A stretch of 64,000 nucleotides of DNA from the NCBI GenBank assembly GCA_041739995.1, contig JBGSMV010000059.1, positions 90,429 through 154,428 on the forward strand, in the 5' to 3' direction. Position numbers and translations under genes: made by a program. The notes beneath the pieces are model-generated. The model saw only the letters and a list, made by a program, of their open reading frames with translations. It searched no databases and was not told the origin of the DNA. Below are positions 20,700 to 29,682 of the stretch, in pieces; position 1 is the stretch's first letter; each line of letters starts with the position of its first letter. The DNA comes from Bdellovibrionota bacterium (GTDB lineage: Bacteria; Bdellovibrionota_C; UBA2361; JBGSMV01).

Positions 20700-21389
20700 C
20701 TACGGCAAGTTAAATCTATTTAGATAGGCAGTGAGGTCGGCGGTCTGCTCCGTGGTCGGGACGGTAAGTCCAAACATCGTTGGTTGACTACTGAATGCAC
20801 CAGCGACACGATTAAAGGTCATGCTGCGCTTGCTGGCTTCGGTGTGACAACCTTGGCAAGCCATCGCACTCCAAAGCGAACTACCTCGATTTACGTCGCC
20901 GCGAATGCCAGAAGGAATTCCAAAGCACGAAGTCTGAGAACCTTGGAAACAACCAGAAGGAGTAGGCGTAGCTCCAGGCCCTGGTGTCGGTGACGGAGTA
21001 CCGCCGCCGCCAGGACCCGATGCACAAACACTCTTTCCACTACGTTGCTTCAACTTGAGTTTGGAAATCTTGTTGGACAGCTTGGCCTTCTTATCTTCGG
21101 GCGCCGTCTTCAGCTGTTTGTTAAGCTTTTTGATCAGGGCTGCATGCGGAGTAAATGTTGTACCGTTTCGCTTTAATGCGCCTGGAACCCATTTGCCATT
21201 ATTTAACTGACCACAGCGAACTGCTTTTCCACTTACGGAGGTTTCGAAGAGCCGATTAGAGGGAAGCTGGATTGCTTGAGCTTGCACTTGAGCGCTAGTC
21301 ACAATACCAAAAGCAGCGACAAGACCGAACCCTATACAAAACTGCCAAAAATTCTTTCTACGAGATCCCTCTATGAAATTCATTTTCAA
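20700..21389 (-). CDS. Secreted protein with Lys-rich N-terminal domain, PT-rich linker and C-terminal monohaem cytochrome c domain
   Basis: Signal peptide ending near AQVQA; CQGCH at 20844-20858 preceded by GDVNRG; downstream Met (QPTM) and DLTAYL, typical of class I cytochrome c. Confidence 0.75.
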   Translation of the reverse strand: MKMNFIEGSRRKNFWQFCIGFGLVAAFGIVTSAQVQAQAIQLPSNRLFETSVSGKAVRCGQLNNGKWVPGALKRNGTTFTPHAALIKKLNKQLKTAPEDKKAKLSNKISKLKLKQRSGKSVCASGPGGGGTPSPTPGPGATPTPSGCFQGSQTSCFGIPSGIRGDVNRGSSLWSAMACQGCHTEASKRSMTFNRVAGAFSSQPTMFGLTVPTTEQTADLTAYLNRFNLP

Positions 21390-21699
21390 AACTCCTCTGT
21401 ATCCTAAGGCTCAATCGGAACTGCCTTTCCTAAGAGGAAATGTCACCGATTCGCGCATGCACCTAACTCACTAGAGTTCCACCACAAATTGGAAGACATC
21501 GTTTGCAAAAGTGGAGAACCCAGGAAAACTCCCTGCTCAACTACAGAACATTGCAAATTAGGGGCCATAATCTGGCGGAATACTCCCTGATAGGGGATTT
21601 TGCAGAGCCCCATAGCGCAAAGCACGGAACCCCCGGGCACCGAGATTGGACTGCCGATCGAAGGCAGAGCCACAGTAAAAAGGAATTCTCAGGTTGGAC

Positions 21700-21847
21700 T
21701 AGTGTCCCGAGTTAGGAGTTAAGAGTTCGATGAATAATTCTCGCCGAGCTCGCTGCTCTCTTTGTGAATATACTTAATGAATTACACAATGAGTTCAGCG
21801 AGAACAGCGAGAACAATACTTAAATAAACTTCTGACTCAGCACACTA
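21700..21847 (-). mobile_element. MITE-like hairpin repeat, family A, copy 2; TA-flanked, overlaps the acyl-CoA dehydrogenase stop codon
   Basis: TAGTGTCCCGAGTT ... GACTCAGCACACTA; reverse complement closely matches 42944-43082. Confidence 0.8.
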
Positions 21848-23035
21848 CCGAGCTCGACCGAAAGAGAGTCGCGGAAGTTTAAGTAGCCGCTCCGCGATGA
21901 TCGAACGTTGAATCTCAGAGGTGCCTGCGGCGATAGTGCGACCACGAGAGTACAGATACCTATGCATGTCGTCATGCGCGCCGTTCGGGTGGCCAAGTTC
22001 AACCGCTGCACGAATTCCGGTGAGCCGCACCGCGAACTTGCAGAGGTCTTGAAAGGATTCGCTCCACAGCAGCTTATCCATGGAACCTTCCGGTCCAGGC
22101 GATGCGCCACTTGCATATAGATCAAGATGCTCGTACGCGAGCGCTCTGACCGCAGTCGCCCGCGCCACATTTTCAGCTAGCTCCACTCGCTCCGACGTAG
22201 ATAATTCTCGCTCTTTTGCCAGTAGCGATCTCAGCAACACTTCACTTTGAAGTTGGCGAGCGAATGTGAGAACGACGCGCTCATACATAAGGGTAGACAA
22301 CGCGATGCTCCAGCCCTTGCCCACTTCCCCGACCACTGATGCATCAGGTACGAATACACGGTCAAAGAAAACTTCGTTAAATTCGCTGTCTCCCGAAATC
22401 TGCTGAAGTGGCCGCGTGCTGATACCAGGGCTCTTCATATCGATAAGTAGGTAGGTGAGGCCCTCATGCTTTGACTTCTTAGGTACCCCTTCCTCTACGC
22501 CGGGCTCGGAAGTGCGACAAAGCGCAAAACACCAATCAGCGACGTGAGCAAAGCTCGTCCAAGTCTTTTGGCCGGTGACTAAAAATCCACCGTCGGTTCG
22601 TTCCGCCTTTGTTCTGACCGCCGCCAGATCGCTACCAGCGCCAGGCTCCGAGAAACCCTGACACCACACCTCTTCGGCAGTAAGGATCTTTCGAAGGTAG
22701 CGCTCCTTCTGTTGTTTAGAGCCGTGCGCGATGAGCACAGGTCCAACCATGGTCAGCCCAAAAAGCCCTAAGAGCTGCGGCGAACTTGCCCTCACAAGCT
22801 CTTCTTGTACCACTGCCTCTTCAACAAGACTTAGTCCTCGTCCACCGAATTCTTTAGGCCAATGAACGGCCACCCATTGTGATTGTGCTAATCGTGACTG
22901 CCAAGCACGCCCGGTCTCAACAAAGCGCTCTAGAGAAGAGTCGCCACCACCGCTCGGAACTTGTTGCTGAGACAACCACTCGCGAAATTCCTTGCGAAGC
23001 TGATCCACTGCTGGAGAAACATTCCACCTAATCAC
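21845..23035 (-). CDS. Acyl-CoA dehydrogenase family protein
   Basis: WCQGFSEPGAGSDLA, GQKTWTS, EFNEVFFD, TIAAGTSEIQR; start reassigned to GTG at 23035, just after the pgl stop. Confidence 0.92.
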   Translation of the reverse strand: MIRWNVSPAVDQLRKEFREWLSQQQVPSGGGDSSLERFVETGRAWQSRLAQSQWVAVHWPKEFGGRGLSLVEEAVVQEELVRASSPQLLGLFGLTMVGPVLIAHGSKQQKERYLRKILTAEEVWCQGFSEPGAGSDLAAVRTKAERTDGGFLVTGQKTWTSFAHVADWCFALCRTSEPGVEEGVPKKSKHEGLTYLLIDMKSPGISTRPLQQISGDSEFNEVFFDRVFVPDASVVGEVGKGWSIALSTLMYERVVLTFARQLQSEVLLRSLLAKERELSTSERVELAENVARATAVRALAYEHLDLYASGASPGPEGSMDKLLWSESFQDLCKFAVRLTGIRAAVELGHPNGAHDDMHRYLYSRGRTIAAGTSEIQRSIIAERLLKLPRLSFGRAR

Positions 23036-23042
23036 GGACCGA

Positions 23043-23810
23043 TCACGCTCCCTTACGAGAAAGTTGTGCAGCAGCACCGGTATCCAGGAACCATGAGACC
23101 GATCCCTTTGCTTCCACAAATAAACGAGCGGGGAGCTCAACCTCAGATTCCTGACCTTCCAAGACGCGCTTAAGCATAGAAGCTTTGGCGTCGCCATTCA
23201 CGATGAACATGAGTCTTCTTGCATTTTTCAAAGTCTTGGCGGTGAGCGATACCCGCACTCCTCCTGGCTTCTCACCCTCCTGCGGGTGCGTCGCGACACC
23301 AACGATGTCGCCTTCTGAAAGGCTGCAGTGCGGAAATAGCGAAGCGGTATGGCCATCGTCGCCCATTCCAAGGAGCACTAAATCAAACTCGGGGAGCTCG
23401 TTCTGTTTAAGTTTCTCTTGAGTTCTAATTAACTGCTCATAGGCGAGCGCCCCCTTTGCAGGCGTACTCGCGCTCGTATCAACCGGGAAAAGTTGCGGCG
23501 CAGTTGTTGCTCCAGACTGAACCGCGATCTTTTGAAAAAGTGTCTCGTTTGCCATGCGATAATTGCTCATGGCATCAGAGTGCGGCACCCAGCGTTCGTC
23601 TCCGAGATACACGCGCAGTGCGCCCCATTGAATTTGCTCAACGCGCGGTGGCAAACCCAGTGAGCGGTATACTGCGGCAGGAGTACTACCACCTGCGAGC
23701 ACGAGCGAGGCACTACCCCGCTCCTCGATAGCTTCGGATAATATTTGCACAATTTCGTCAGCTACAGCGCCGGCGAACAACTTTGACTCAATTACTTCAA
23801 TCGTCACCAT
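23043..23810 (-). CDS. pgl: 6-phosphogluconolactonase
   Basis: LAGGSTP, GDERWVP, SNYRMA, LLGMGDDGHTASLFP. Confidence 0.95.
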   Translation of the reverse strand: MVTIEVIESKLFAGAVADEIVQILSEAIEERGSASLVLAGGSTPAAVYRSLGLPPRVEQIQWGALRVYLGDERWVPHSDAMSNYRMANETLFQKIAVQSGATTAPQLFPVDTSASTPAKGALAYEQLIRTQEKLKQNELPEFDLVLLGMGDDGHTASLFPHCSLSEGDIVGVATHPQEGEKPGGVRVSLTAKTLKNARRLMFIVNGDAKASMLKRVLEGQESEVELPARLFVEAKGSVSWFLDTGAAAQLSRKGA

Positions 23811-23922
23811 TCACTCCCGATCAGACCAAATGAGAAGAGCACTCTAGATTATTCAGCGACTCAGACTGGACTTACATATGAAAAGACTATTGGAACCACT
23901 CCTTCGTCCTGAGATGAATCTA

Positions 23923-25146
23923 CTATGTTGCCATAGCGCAAAGCTTCAAAACCCTTCCCATTGCGGCACTGTAATTTGCTACGGACTCTCCGATTAGGAA
24001 AAAGCGACGCAATCGTCCGTCCCCGGTTTCGTCTTCGATTGGGCGAGAAAGCTCTACGGAGTTAATGCCTTCCACGCGAGCTTCAAGGGTTAATCCTCTT
24101 CGATTAATTTCGAAACTGGAACCCTTTCCTCCGCGAGCGGTTCCCTCGAAGCGCACTGAACGAACCTTTGGCTCAACTGATGTCGCCTCAGCTAAAAATC
24201 GCGGCTCAACTCCTAAATTCTCAGCCGATGAAATTAATTCGCAGATTACCGTTGCTCCGGAGGGAGATTGGAAATGGACTGCCCAACCCTCGGCTTCAGC
24301 ACTTCCAGAAAGGCTCAGTCGCTTCACTGACTCTAGGCTGAGTTGAAGACGAGCAGCGATCCATCCACAAAGCAACAATCCGGCCATGGAACAGTGAGCT
24401 GGAATTCCCCTATCCTCGGATGCGGATCCTTTGGGTTGAGCCGCAGAGTCCTTAAGTCCATCCGAGACGATAGTAAATCGCTGCAACCCTGAGGCCAATC
24501 CGCGCGCCTGTGCAAAATCAAAGCCCGCTCGCACCTGATCCCGCCAAGCCCCAAGCGCAATCCACTGAAGGTCGACCGCAAGCTTCACCTCTCGCAACAC
24601 ACCCTCGATAACTGCTAAGCGTCGCGCCCACATAGAGCTATCAAATATAATGCTATCGACCATGGAGGCCGCCACTTCGATCAGCTCCCCTTCTACCTGA
24701 GAGTCAAAAAGTAGAAGTTCGCTAGGCGTACCGCTAACCAGATTGGCACGAATCGCCTCTGCCAACGCCTGCACCTGACTACCCGGCGCCCCCATGCGCA
24801 CCAACTCAGAGCACACATGATGCGATGTTCCTTCCCCCTTTGAGGTAAAATGACAGCGCGCAGAGACTTCTGCAGCTACGGCAGAAAGCGCATTATTTAC
24901 TCCGTAGATGAGAAATCTGCTGGGATGCAGCCGCGCTACATCTTCGATAAGGCGCTCGACGTCTGAAACCGCAGAGGAAGATCCCACTGGGATGAGCACA
25001 TTGGTGCTCGCAGCCCGGGTGTATACGCTAGACCCCTCCTGTAGGTCCGAAAAAAGCCGGCTTAAAGACTCAGAAATACGCGAAACTTTGGTGAGCTCAT
25101 AGCCGCCCGCACCACCAGCAAGAACTTGTTCTGCTGCACTACTCAT
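23923..25146 (-). CDS. opcA: Glucose-6-phosphate dehydrogenase assembly/effector protein OpcA-like
   Basis: Between zwf and pgl; HPSR, VCSELV, IIFDS, DLQW, LLCGWIAARL motifs resemble OpcA. Confidence 0.75.
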   Translation of the reverse strand: MSSAAEQVLAGGAGGYELTKVSRISESLSRLFSDLQEGSSVYTRAASTNVLIPVGSSSAVSDVERLIEDVARLHPSRFLIYGVNNALSAVAAEVSARCHFTSKGEGTSHHVCSELVRMGAPGSQVQALAEAIRANLVSGTPSELLLFDSQVEGELIEVAASMVDSIIFDSSMWARRLAVIEGVLREVKLAVDLQWIALGAWRDQVRAGFDFAQARGLASGLQRFTIVSDGLKDSAAQPKGSASEDRGIPAHCSMAGLLLCGWIAARLQLSLESVKRLSLSGSAEAEGWAVHFQSPSGATVICELISSAENLGVEPRFLAEATSVEPKVRSVRFEGTARGGKGSSFEINRRGLTLEARVEGINSVELSRPIEDETGDGRLRRFFLIGESVANYSAAMGRVLKLCAMAT

Positions 25147-25187
25147 TGATTCCGTTCCTCCTGACTAAATCGGGCGACGCCAGTCAT

Positions 25188-26723
25188 CTAAAGACGTGTC
25201 CAGCGGTGTCCGTTCGTCCGCAGTAAATCGGCGGCCGCTTTTGGTCCCCATGTTCCGGCTTCATGGCTTTCAAGCGCTGGCGGCTTAGCGGAGTCCCAGG
25301 CCTCAAACACAGGAGCAAGCAGCTCCCAAGCTTGTTCGATCTCGTCATCACGAATAAAGAGCGTCTGATCTCCTTTCATCGCGTCAAGAAGCAGACGTTC
25401 GTAGGCCTCGGCCGAAGCCACGCCGAACGAGTGATCGTAGTTGAAATCCATTACGACTGGGCGCACGCGCATGCGCGGACCTGGTGGCTTACTGCTGATT
25501 TTCAGTGAAATACCTTCATTGGGTTGCACTTGAATATTGAGCACATTCTGCTCAAGCTCGCCGACTTGCCTTCCGCGAAACATCGCTTCGGGCGCCTTCT
25601 TGAAGAAAACGGTTATCTCGGTGATTCGCTTTGGAAGTCTCTTGCCAGCTCGAATGTAGATCGGCACTCCAGACCAACGCCAATTGTCGATGGCCAACTT
25701 CATCGCGACGAACGTCTCGGTGGTGGAGCTTGGGGAGACATCCTTCTCCTCCAAGTAGCCCTTAACCGCCTCGCCATCAATAAAGCCCTTGGAGTAATGG
25801 GCTCGCACAGTAGAGGAGGCTACCTCTTCAACACTCAAGCGACGCATAGCTCTCAACACCTTCACCTTCTCATCACGAATGCTGGTGGAGTCGCTCAGAG
25901 AAATCGGAGGCTCAATGCAAATCAAGGACAGAATCTGAAGTAAGTGGTTTTGAACGATGTCACGCAAAATGCCTGCTTTATCAAAATAGCCGGCGCGGCT
26001 TCCCACCCCGATGCTTTCGCACACCGCGATCTGAATGTGATCAACGTACTTGTGATTCCACAGCGGCTCGAAAATGCCATTGGCAAATCGGAACACGAGG
26101 ATGTTCTGAACAGTTTCTTTCCCGAGATAGTGATCGATTCGATAGATCTGCTTTTCAGCAAAGCTTTCCCGGATAGTGGTGTTCAGCTCTCGCGCCGAAT
26201 CCAAGTCGTGCCCAAAAGGCTTTTCAATAATCAATGAGGTAGCCCGAGCATCATCACTCGGCTTCTCGACAAGACCCGCGTCCCTTAACTGAGACGCAAT
26301 CTGTCCGAAGAAGGTGGGTGATACGGCAAGGTAATAGAGATAGTTAAACCGTTCCGAGCTTTGACCGCTTGTCAGCCCCTCGAGGCGCGCCTTTAAACGA
26401 GTGAAATCTTCACTGCGCGTCGCATCAACTGGCTCATAAAACACTCTCTTGGAGAAGCTCTCCCATACGCCCTCATCGAGAGGACGCCGAGAGAACTTAG
26501 AGACCGCTTCCTTTAGGTTAGAACGAAACTGCTCATCACTAAGCTTAGACCTCGCCACTCCAACCACCACAAACCCACTGGGCAAATACCCGTCCGCTTC
26601 TAGATTGTAGAGCGCGGGTATCAGCTTACGCTGAGTAAGATCTCCGGAAGCTCCAAAGATGACGAGAGCGGTAGCAGGAGGTCGAATGATGCGATTCTCC
26701 CCTTCTGAAAATGGATTCTCCAT
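25188..26723 (-). CDS. zwf: Glucose-6-phosphate 1-dehydrogenase
   Basis: FGASGDLT, EKPFG, YRIDHYLGKETVQN, RDIVQNH, EAYERLL. Confidence 0.98.
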   Translation of the reverse strand: MENPFSEGENRIIRPPATALVIFGASGDLTQRKLIPALYNLEADGYLPSGFVVVGVARSKLSDEQFRSNLKEAVSKFSRRPLDEGVWESFSKRVFYEPVDATRSEDFTRLKARLEGLTSGQSSERFNYLYYLAVSPTFFGQIASQLRDAGLVEKPSDDARATSLIIEKPFGHDLDSARELNTTIRESFAEKQIYRIDHYLGKETVQNILVFRFANGIFEPLWNHKYVDHIQIAVCESIGVGSRAGYFDKAGILRDIVQNHLLQILSLICIEPPISLSDSTSIRDEKVKVLRAMRRLSVEEVASSTVRAHYSKGFIDGEAVKGYLEEKDVSPSSTTETFVAMKLAIDNWRWSGVPIYIRAGKRLPKRITEITVFFKKAPEAMFRGRQVGELEQNVLNIQVQPNEGISLKISSKPPGPRMRVRPVVMDFNYDHSFGVASAEAYERLLLDAMKGDQTLFIRDDEIEQAWELLAPVFEAWDSAKPPALESHEAGTWGPKAAADLLRTNGHRWTRL

Positions 26724-26761
26724 ACTCGGACCTCCTGAGACCTGAAATAATTGATTTGGAT

Positions 26762-27886
26762 TTAAGCTATTTTCGCAGCCTTAGTTTCAATCGAGCTCAG
26801 TAGATCTCGATATGAATCTGCAAAAAGATCCACGCCTTGAACTTGCAGCTCCTCGAGCAATCCATCTACCCCAACTCCAAGAGCAGGAAGCGAGTTCAAC
26901 AAGTCCCGACCTGCCTTAAGATCCTGCATGACTCGATCTTCAATCTTGCCACCCTTAAGCAAAATATCGAGCGTCGCTGGCGGCATAGTATTGACGGTAT
27001 GAGGCCCGGCAAGCTCCTCTACGTAGAGCAAGGGATTTAGAGTGGCGTTTTTGGTGCCGGTAGAGGCCCACAATGGTCTTTGCACTTTCGCCCCCTTGGC
27101 GACAAGGGCTTCCCACCTCTTTCCAGAAAAGAGCTGAGTAAAGCGTTCGTAAGCCATGCGCGCATTGGCAACGCCGACTTTCCCGAAGAAACTCGCACGC
27201 TGTGACTCCTGAGCTTTGCCAGAAGCAACTGAAGCATCAAAAGCCTTCTCGCAAATCGCGTCAACTCGCGAAACAAAGAAGCTGGCTACTGATGAGATAC
27301 CATCAATAGGTAGCCCCTTAGAAACACGAGTCTCCAAGGCGCAAATATACTGCTCCGCGACGCGCTCGTACTGAGGGACGGAGAAAAGTAAGGTCACGTT
27401 GATGTTAATTCCCTCCTCTAGAGCAGCACGAATAGCCGGAAGTCCCTCAGCGGTGCCAGGAATTTTGATCATGCCGTTGGCGCGATCAAGGCGACCCCAT
27501 AGACGCTTAGCGGCCTCGATCGTTCCTTTAGTATCGCGTGCAAGAAACGGAGAGACCTCAATGCTGGCATGACCATCGGCACCTTTGGACTCTAAAGAGA
27601 CTGCTCTCAGTAGGTCTGCCGCGGCCGCTACATCTTGAATCATTAGCTCTTCGCAAATGCCATCGGCATTCGTTCCGGACTTACGCAGACTTGCTATGTC
27701 AGTGTCGTAATCCGAACTGTCCGCGATGGCCTTTTTAAAAATGGTGGGGTTGCTGGTGAGCCCGCTCACGCCCTGCTCAATCAGTCCCTTCAATGCACCG
27801 GAACGCAGAACGTCCCTCGAGACATTGTCGTACCATACGGACTGTCCAACTTTATTGAGGGCCTTAATGCTTGAATTCTTAGTCAT
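26762..27886 (-). CDS. tal: Transaldolase (long type)
   Basis: GLTSNPTIF, SIEVSP, IKIPGT, INVTLLFS, SFFVSRVD, QRPLWASTGTK. Confidence 0.96.
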   Translation of the reverse strand: MTKNSSIKALNKVGQSVWYDNVSRDVLRSGALKGLIEQGVSGLTSNPTIFKKAIADSSDYDTDIASLRKSGTNADGICEELMIQDVAAAADLLRAVSLESKGADGHASIEVSPFLARDTKGTIEAAKRLWGRLDRANGMIKIPGTAEGLPAIRAALEEGININVTLLFSVPQYERVAEQYICALETRVSKGLPIDGISSVASFFVSRVDAICEKAFDASVASGKAQESQRASFFGKVGVANARMAYERFTQLFSGKRWEALVAKGAKVQRPLWASTGTKNATLNPLLYVEELAGPHTVNTMPPATLDILLKGGKIEDRVMQDLKAGRDLLNSLPALGVGVDGLLEELQVQGVDLFADSYRDLLSSIETKAAKIA

Positions 27887-28392
27887 TGTCTTAAATCTCC
27901 TCTAACCAAATACTTCTTCCACCGAGCACTCGCCCATGGACCCCAACCAAACCAACTCCCTTCTAGGACGTCGGTTCGTTCTGGTGACATACGACGCGAA
28001 CAACCCCCTCGCTTCGTCGGAGGTCCTCGCTGAATCTTCACGTAGTGGAAACGGAGCGAGCACGAGCCAGTCTGGATCCCGTCGCAGCGTCCTTCACAAA
28101 ATCTAGACCAGTAGTTTCAAAATGGATACAAAAAGTTACTTGATGGGGCTATTTCCTTGGGGGTTTCGAGAGCTTACCAACTGACCAGCCACTAATACGG
28201 CCTTGCGCGGCACGCGGAGAGAGGACTTAGTTGCGTGCGTCATCTCAAGACACCAAGCCACGGGTGCATCAAAACTCGCCAGAGGGACGTAAGCCCCAGA
28301 GAGACGTAAGCCACAGAGGTGCACAAAAGAACCTACGAGGCGATATACGGTTTGAATGCGTGTTGCGGCGAACGTAGCAATCCCCGCACAAC

Positions 28393-28436
28393 GGCCTATT
28401 CTCGGGCCTATTCTCGGCGGCACAGGCCTATTCTCG
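28393..28436. repeat. Three copies of GGCCTATTCTCG at the 3' end of a hypothetical gene
   Basis: Copies at 28393, 28405 and 28425; the last contains the TAG stop of 28428-28763. Confidence 0.8.
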
Positions 28437-28763
28437 GCGGACTTGCGGACCCTTGAGCAACCGCACGATTAGTCGACTGCCTTCCGCGCTGCGCTCGAGC
28501 AGGCGAATACCAGGTTTATCTGAGCTCTTGCTGTCGGAATTAAGCCTAGCAGAACTATCTCTGTCGGGGCGAAGCCTGCTCGACGGTGCTTCGCGCCTTT
28601 CCAGTTCGTTCAACAGGGCACGCTCTTCTTCGGTCAAGAAGTCCTCGACTTCGGTCTCGCTACGTAACTTTACAAGATCGACTCTCGCTCTATGGCGCGT
28701 TCGAGCGCACAACGCTTGACCTAATACGCGCGACTTGCTCGATCTTCGACGTCCAAAAATCAT
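28428..28763 (-). CDS. Hypothetical protein (111 aa)
   Basis: Follows the GT2 gene by 16 nt with GAGGT upstream of the ATG; no family recognised. Confidence 0.55.
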   Translation of the reverse strand: MIFGRRRSSKSRVLGQALCARTRHRARVDLVKLRSETEVEDFLTEEERALLNELERREAPSSRLRPDRDSSARLNSDSKSSDKPGIRLLERSAEGSRLIVRLLKGPQVRRE

Positions 28764-28779
28764 ACTTACCTCTTACGAT

Positions 28780-29637
28780 TCAGGACCGCGACCTTATCGC
28801 ACCAGACTGTGCCCTAACGGAATCTGAAGCATTAGATTCTGCAGGAATAGTCGGTATGTCAGCAGGCCCGGGATAAGACAGTATTCCGCGCTTACGGTTC
28901 TGATAAAAACGGTACGATGTTGAAATACAATTAAGGGCGTATGGAATGCCGTTCACATGGCAAATCTCGTCACCATAATAGGTCGGAATGGGCAGCTCCA
29001 CAATTCGCATATTTCGCTCAGCCATGGCGAGAATTATCTGGGTGTCGAAGTGCCACGTATTAGTAAAAGACTCAAAAGGCACTCTGCGAAGGGCCTCAGT
29101 TGAATAGAGGCGATAACCCGAGTGATATTCGCTCAGATTCAAGCCGGAAAGACGGTTCTGGCACACCGTGAGCACTCTGTTGCCAAGAAACTTATAAAGC
29201 GGCATTCCGCCCTTCAGCGGCTTCCCCCCAGCCGCCATGCGTGAGCCAAAAACCATGTCGGCTTCCCCTTTGCGAAACGGTTCAAGAAGAAGCGGTAATG
29301 CCTCAGGGGCATACTGCCCGTCGCCGTGAACCATGGCGACCACATCGAAACCGCGGTCAATGGCGTAGCGATAACCGATCTTTTGATTTCCCCCGTAGCC
29401 CTGGTTTGTCACGTTGCGGTGGATGGTGAGCTTGTCGACTTTCTGCTCATGCTTGTAACCTAGCGCCGCGTAATACGTATTATCTTTGCTACAGTCATCA
29501 ATTACAAAGATCTCCTCTACCTCCTCGTAGGTCTCCCGAGGTATTCGATTGATGGTCTTAATAAGATGGTTCACCGCATTGTATGCGATGATGAAGATGC
29601 CGACTCGTGGCTTCCTTACCGCTGATTCCGCTCCCAT
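28780..29637 (-). CDS. Glycosyltransferase family 2 (DPM1-like)
   Basis: IIAYN, IDDCSKD, NQGYGGNQK, HGDGQY, VFGSR, HSGYRLY, IPTYYGDE. Confidence 0.92.
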   Translation of the reverse strand: MGAESAVRKPRVGIFIIAYNAVNHLIKTINRIPRETYEEVEEIFVIDDCSKDNTYYAALGYKHEQKVDKLTIHRNVTNQGYGGNQKIGYRYAIDRGFDVVAMVHGDGQYAPEALPLLLEPFRKGEADMVFGSRMAAGGKPLKGGMPLYKFLGNRVLTVCQNRLSGLNLSEYHSGYRLYSTEALRRVPFESFTNTWHFDTQIILAMAERNMRIVELPIPTYYGDEICHVNGIPYALNCISTSYRFYQNRKRGILSYPGPADIPTIPAESNASDSVRAQSGAIRSRS

Positions 29638-29682
29638 TCTGTAGTTCCCGCCTTTCGGATCAAATGTTCATCGCAGAAGGCC

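Noticed and set aside
23036..23197. Extended N-termini given by the ORF track (acyl-CoA dehydrogenase here; also purB, pepP, lolA and the aminopeptidase)
   Set aside because: The extensions overlap upstream genes or repeats, or lack family similarity; downstream starts fit better.
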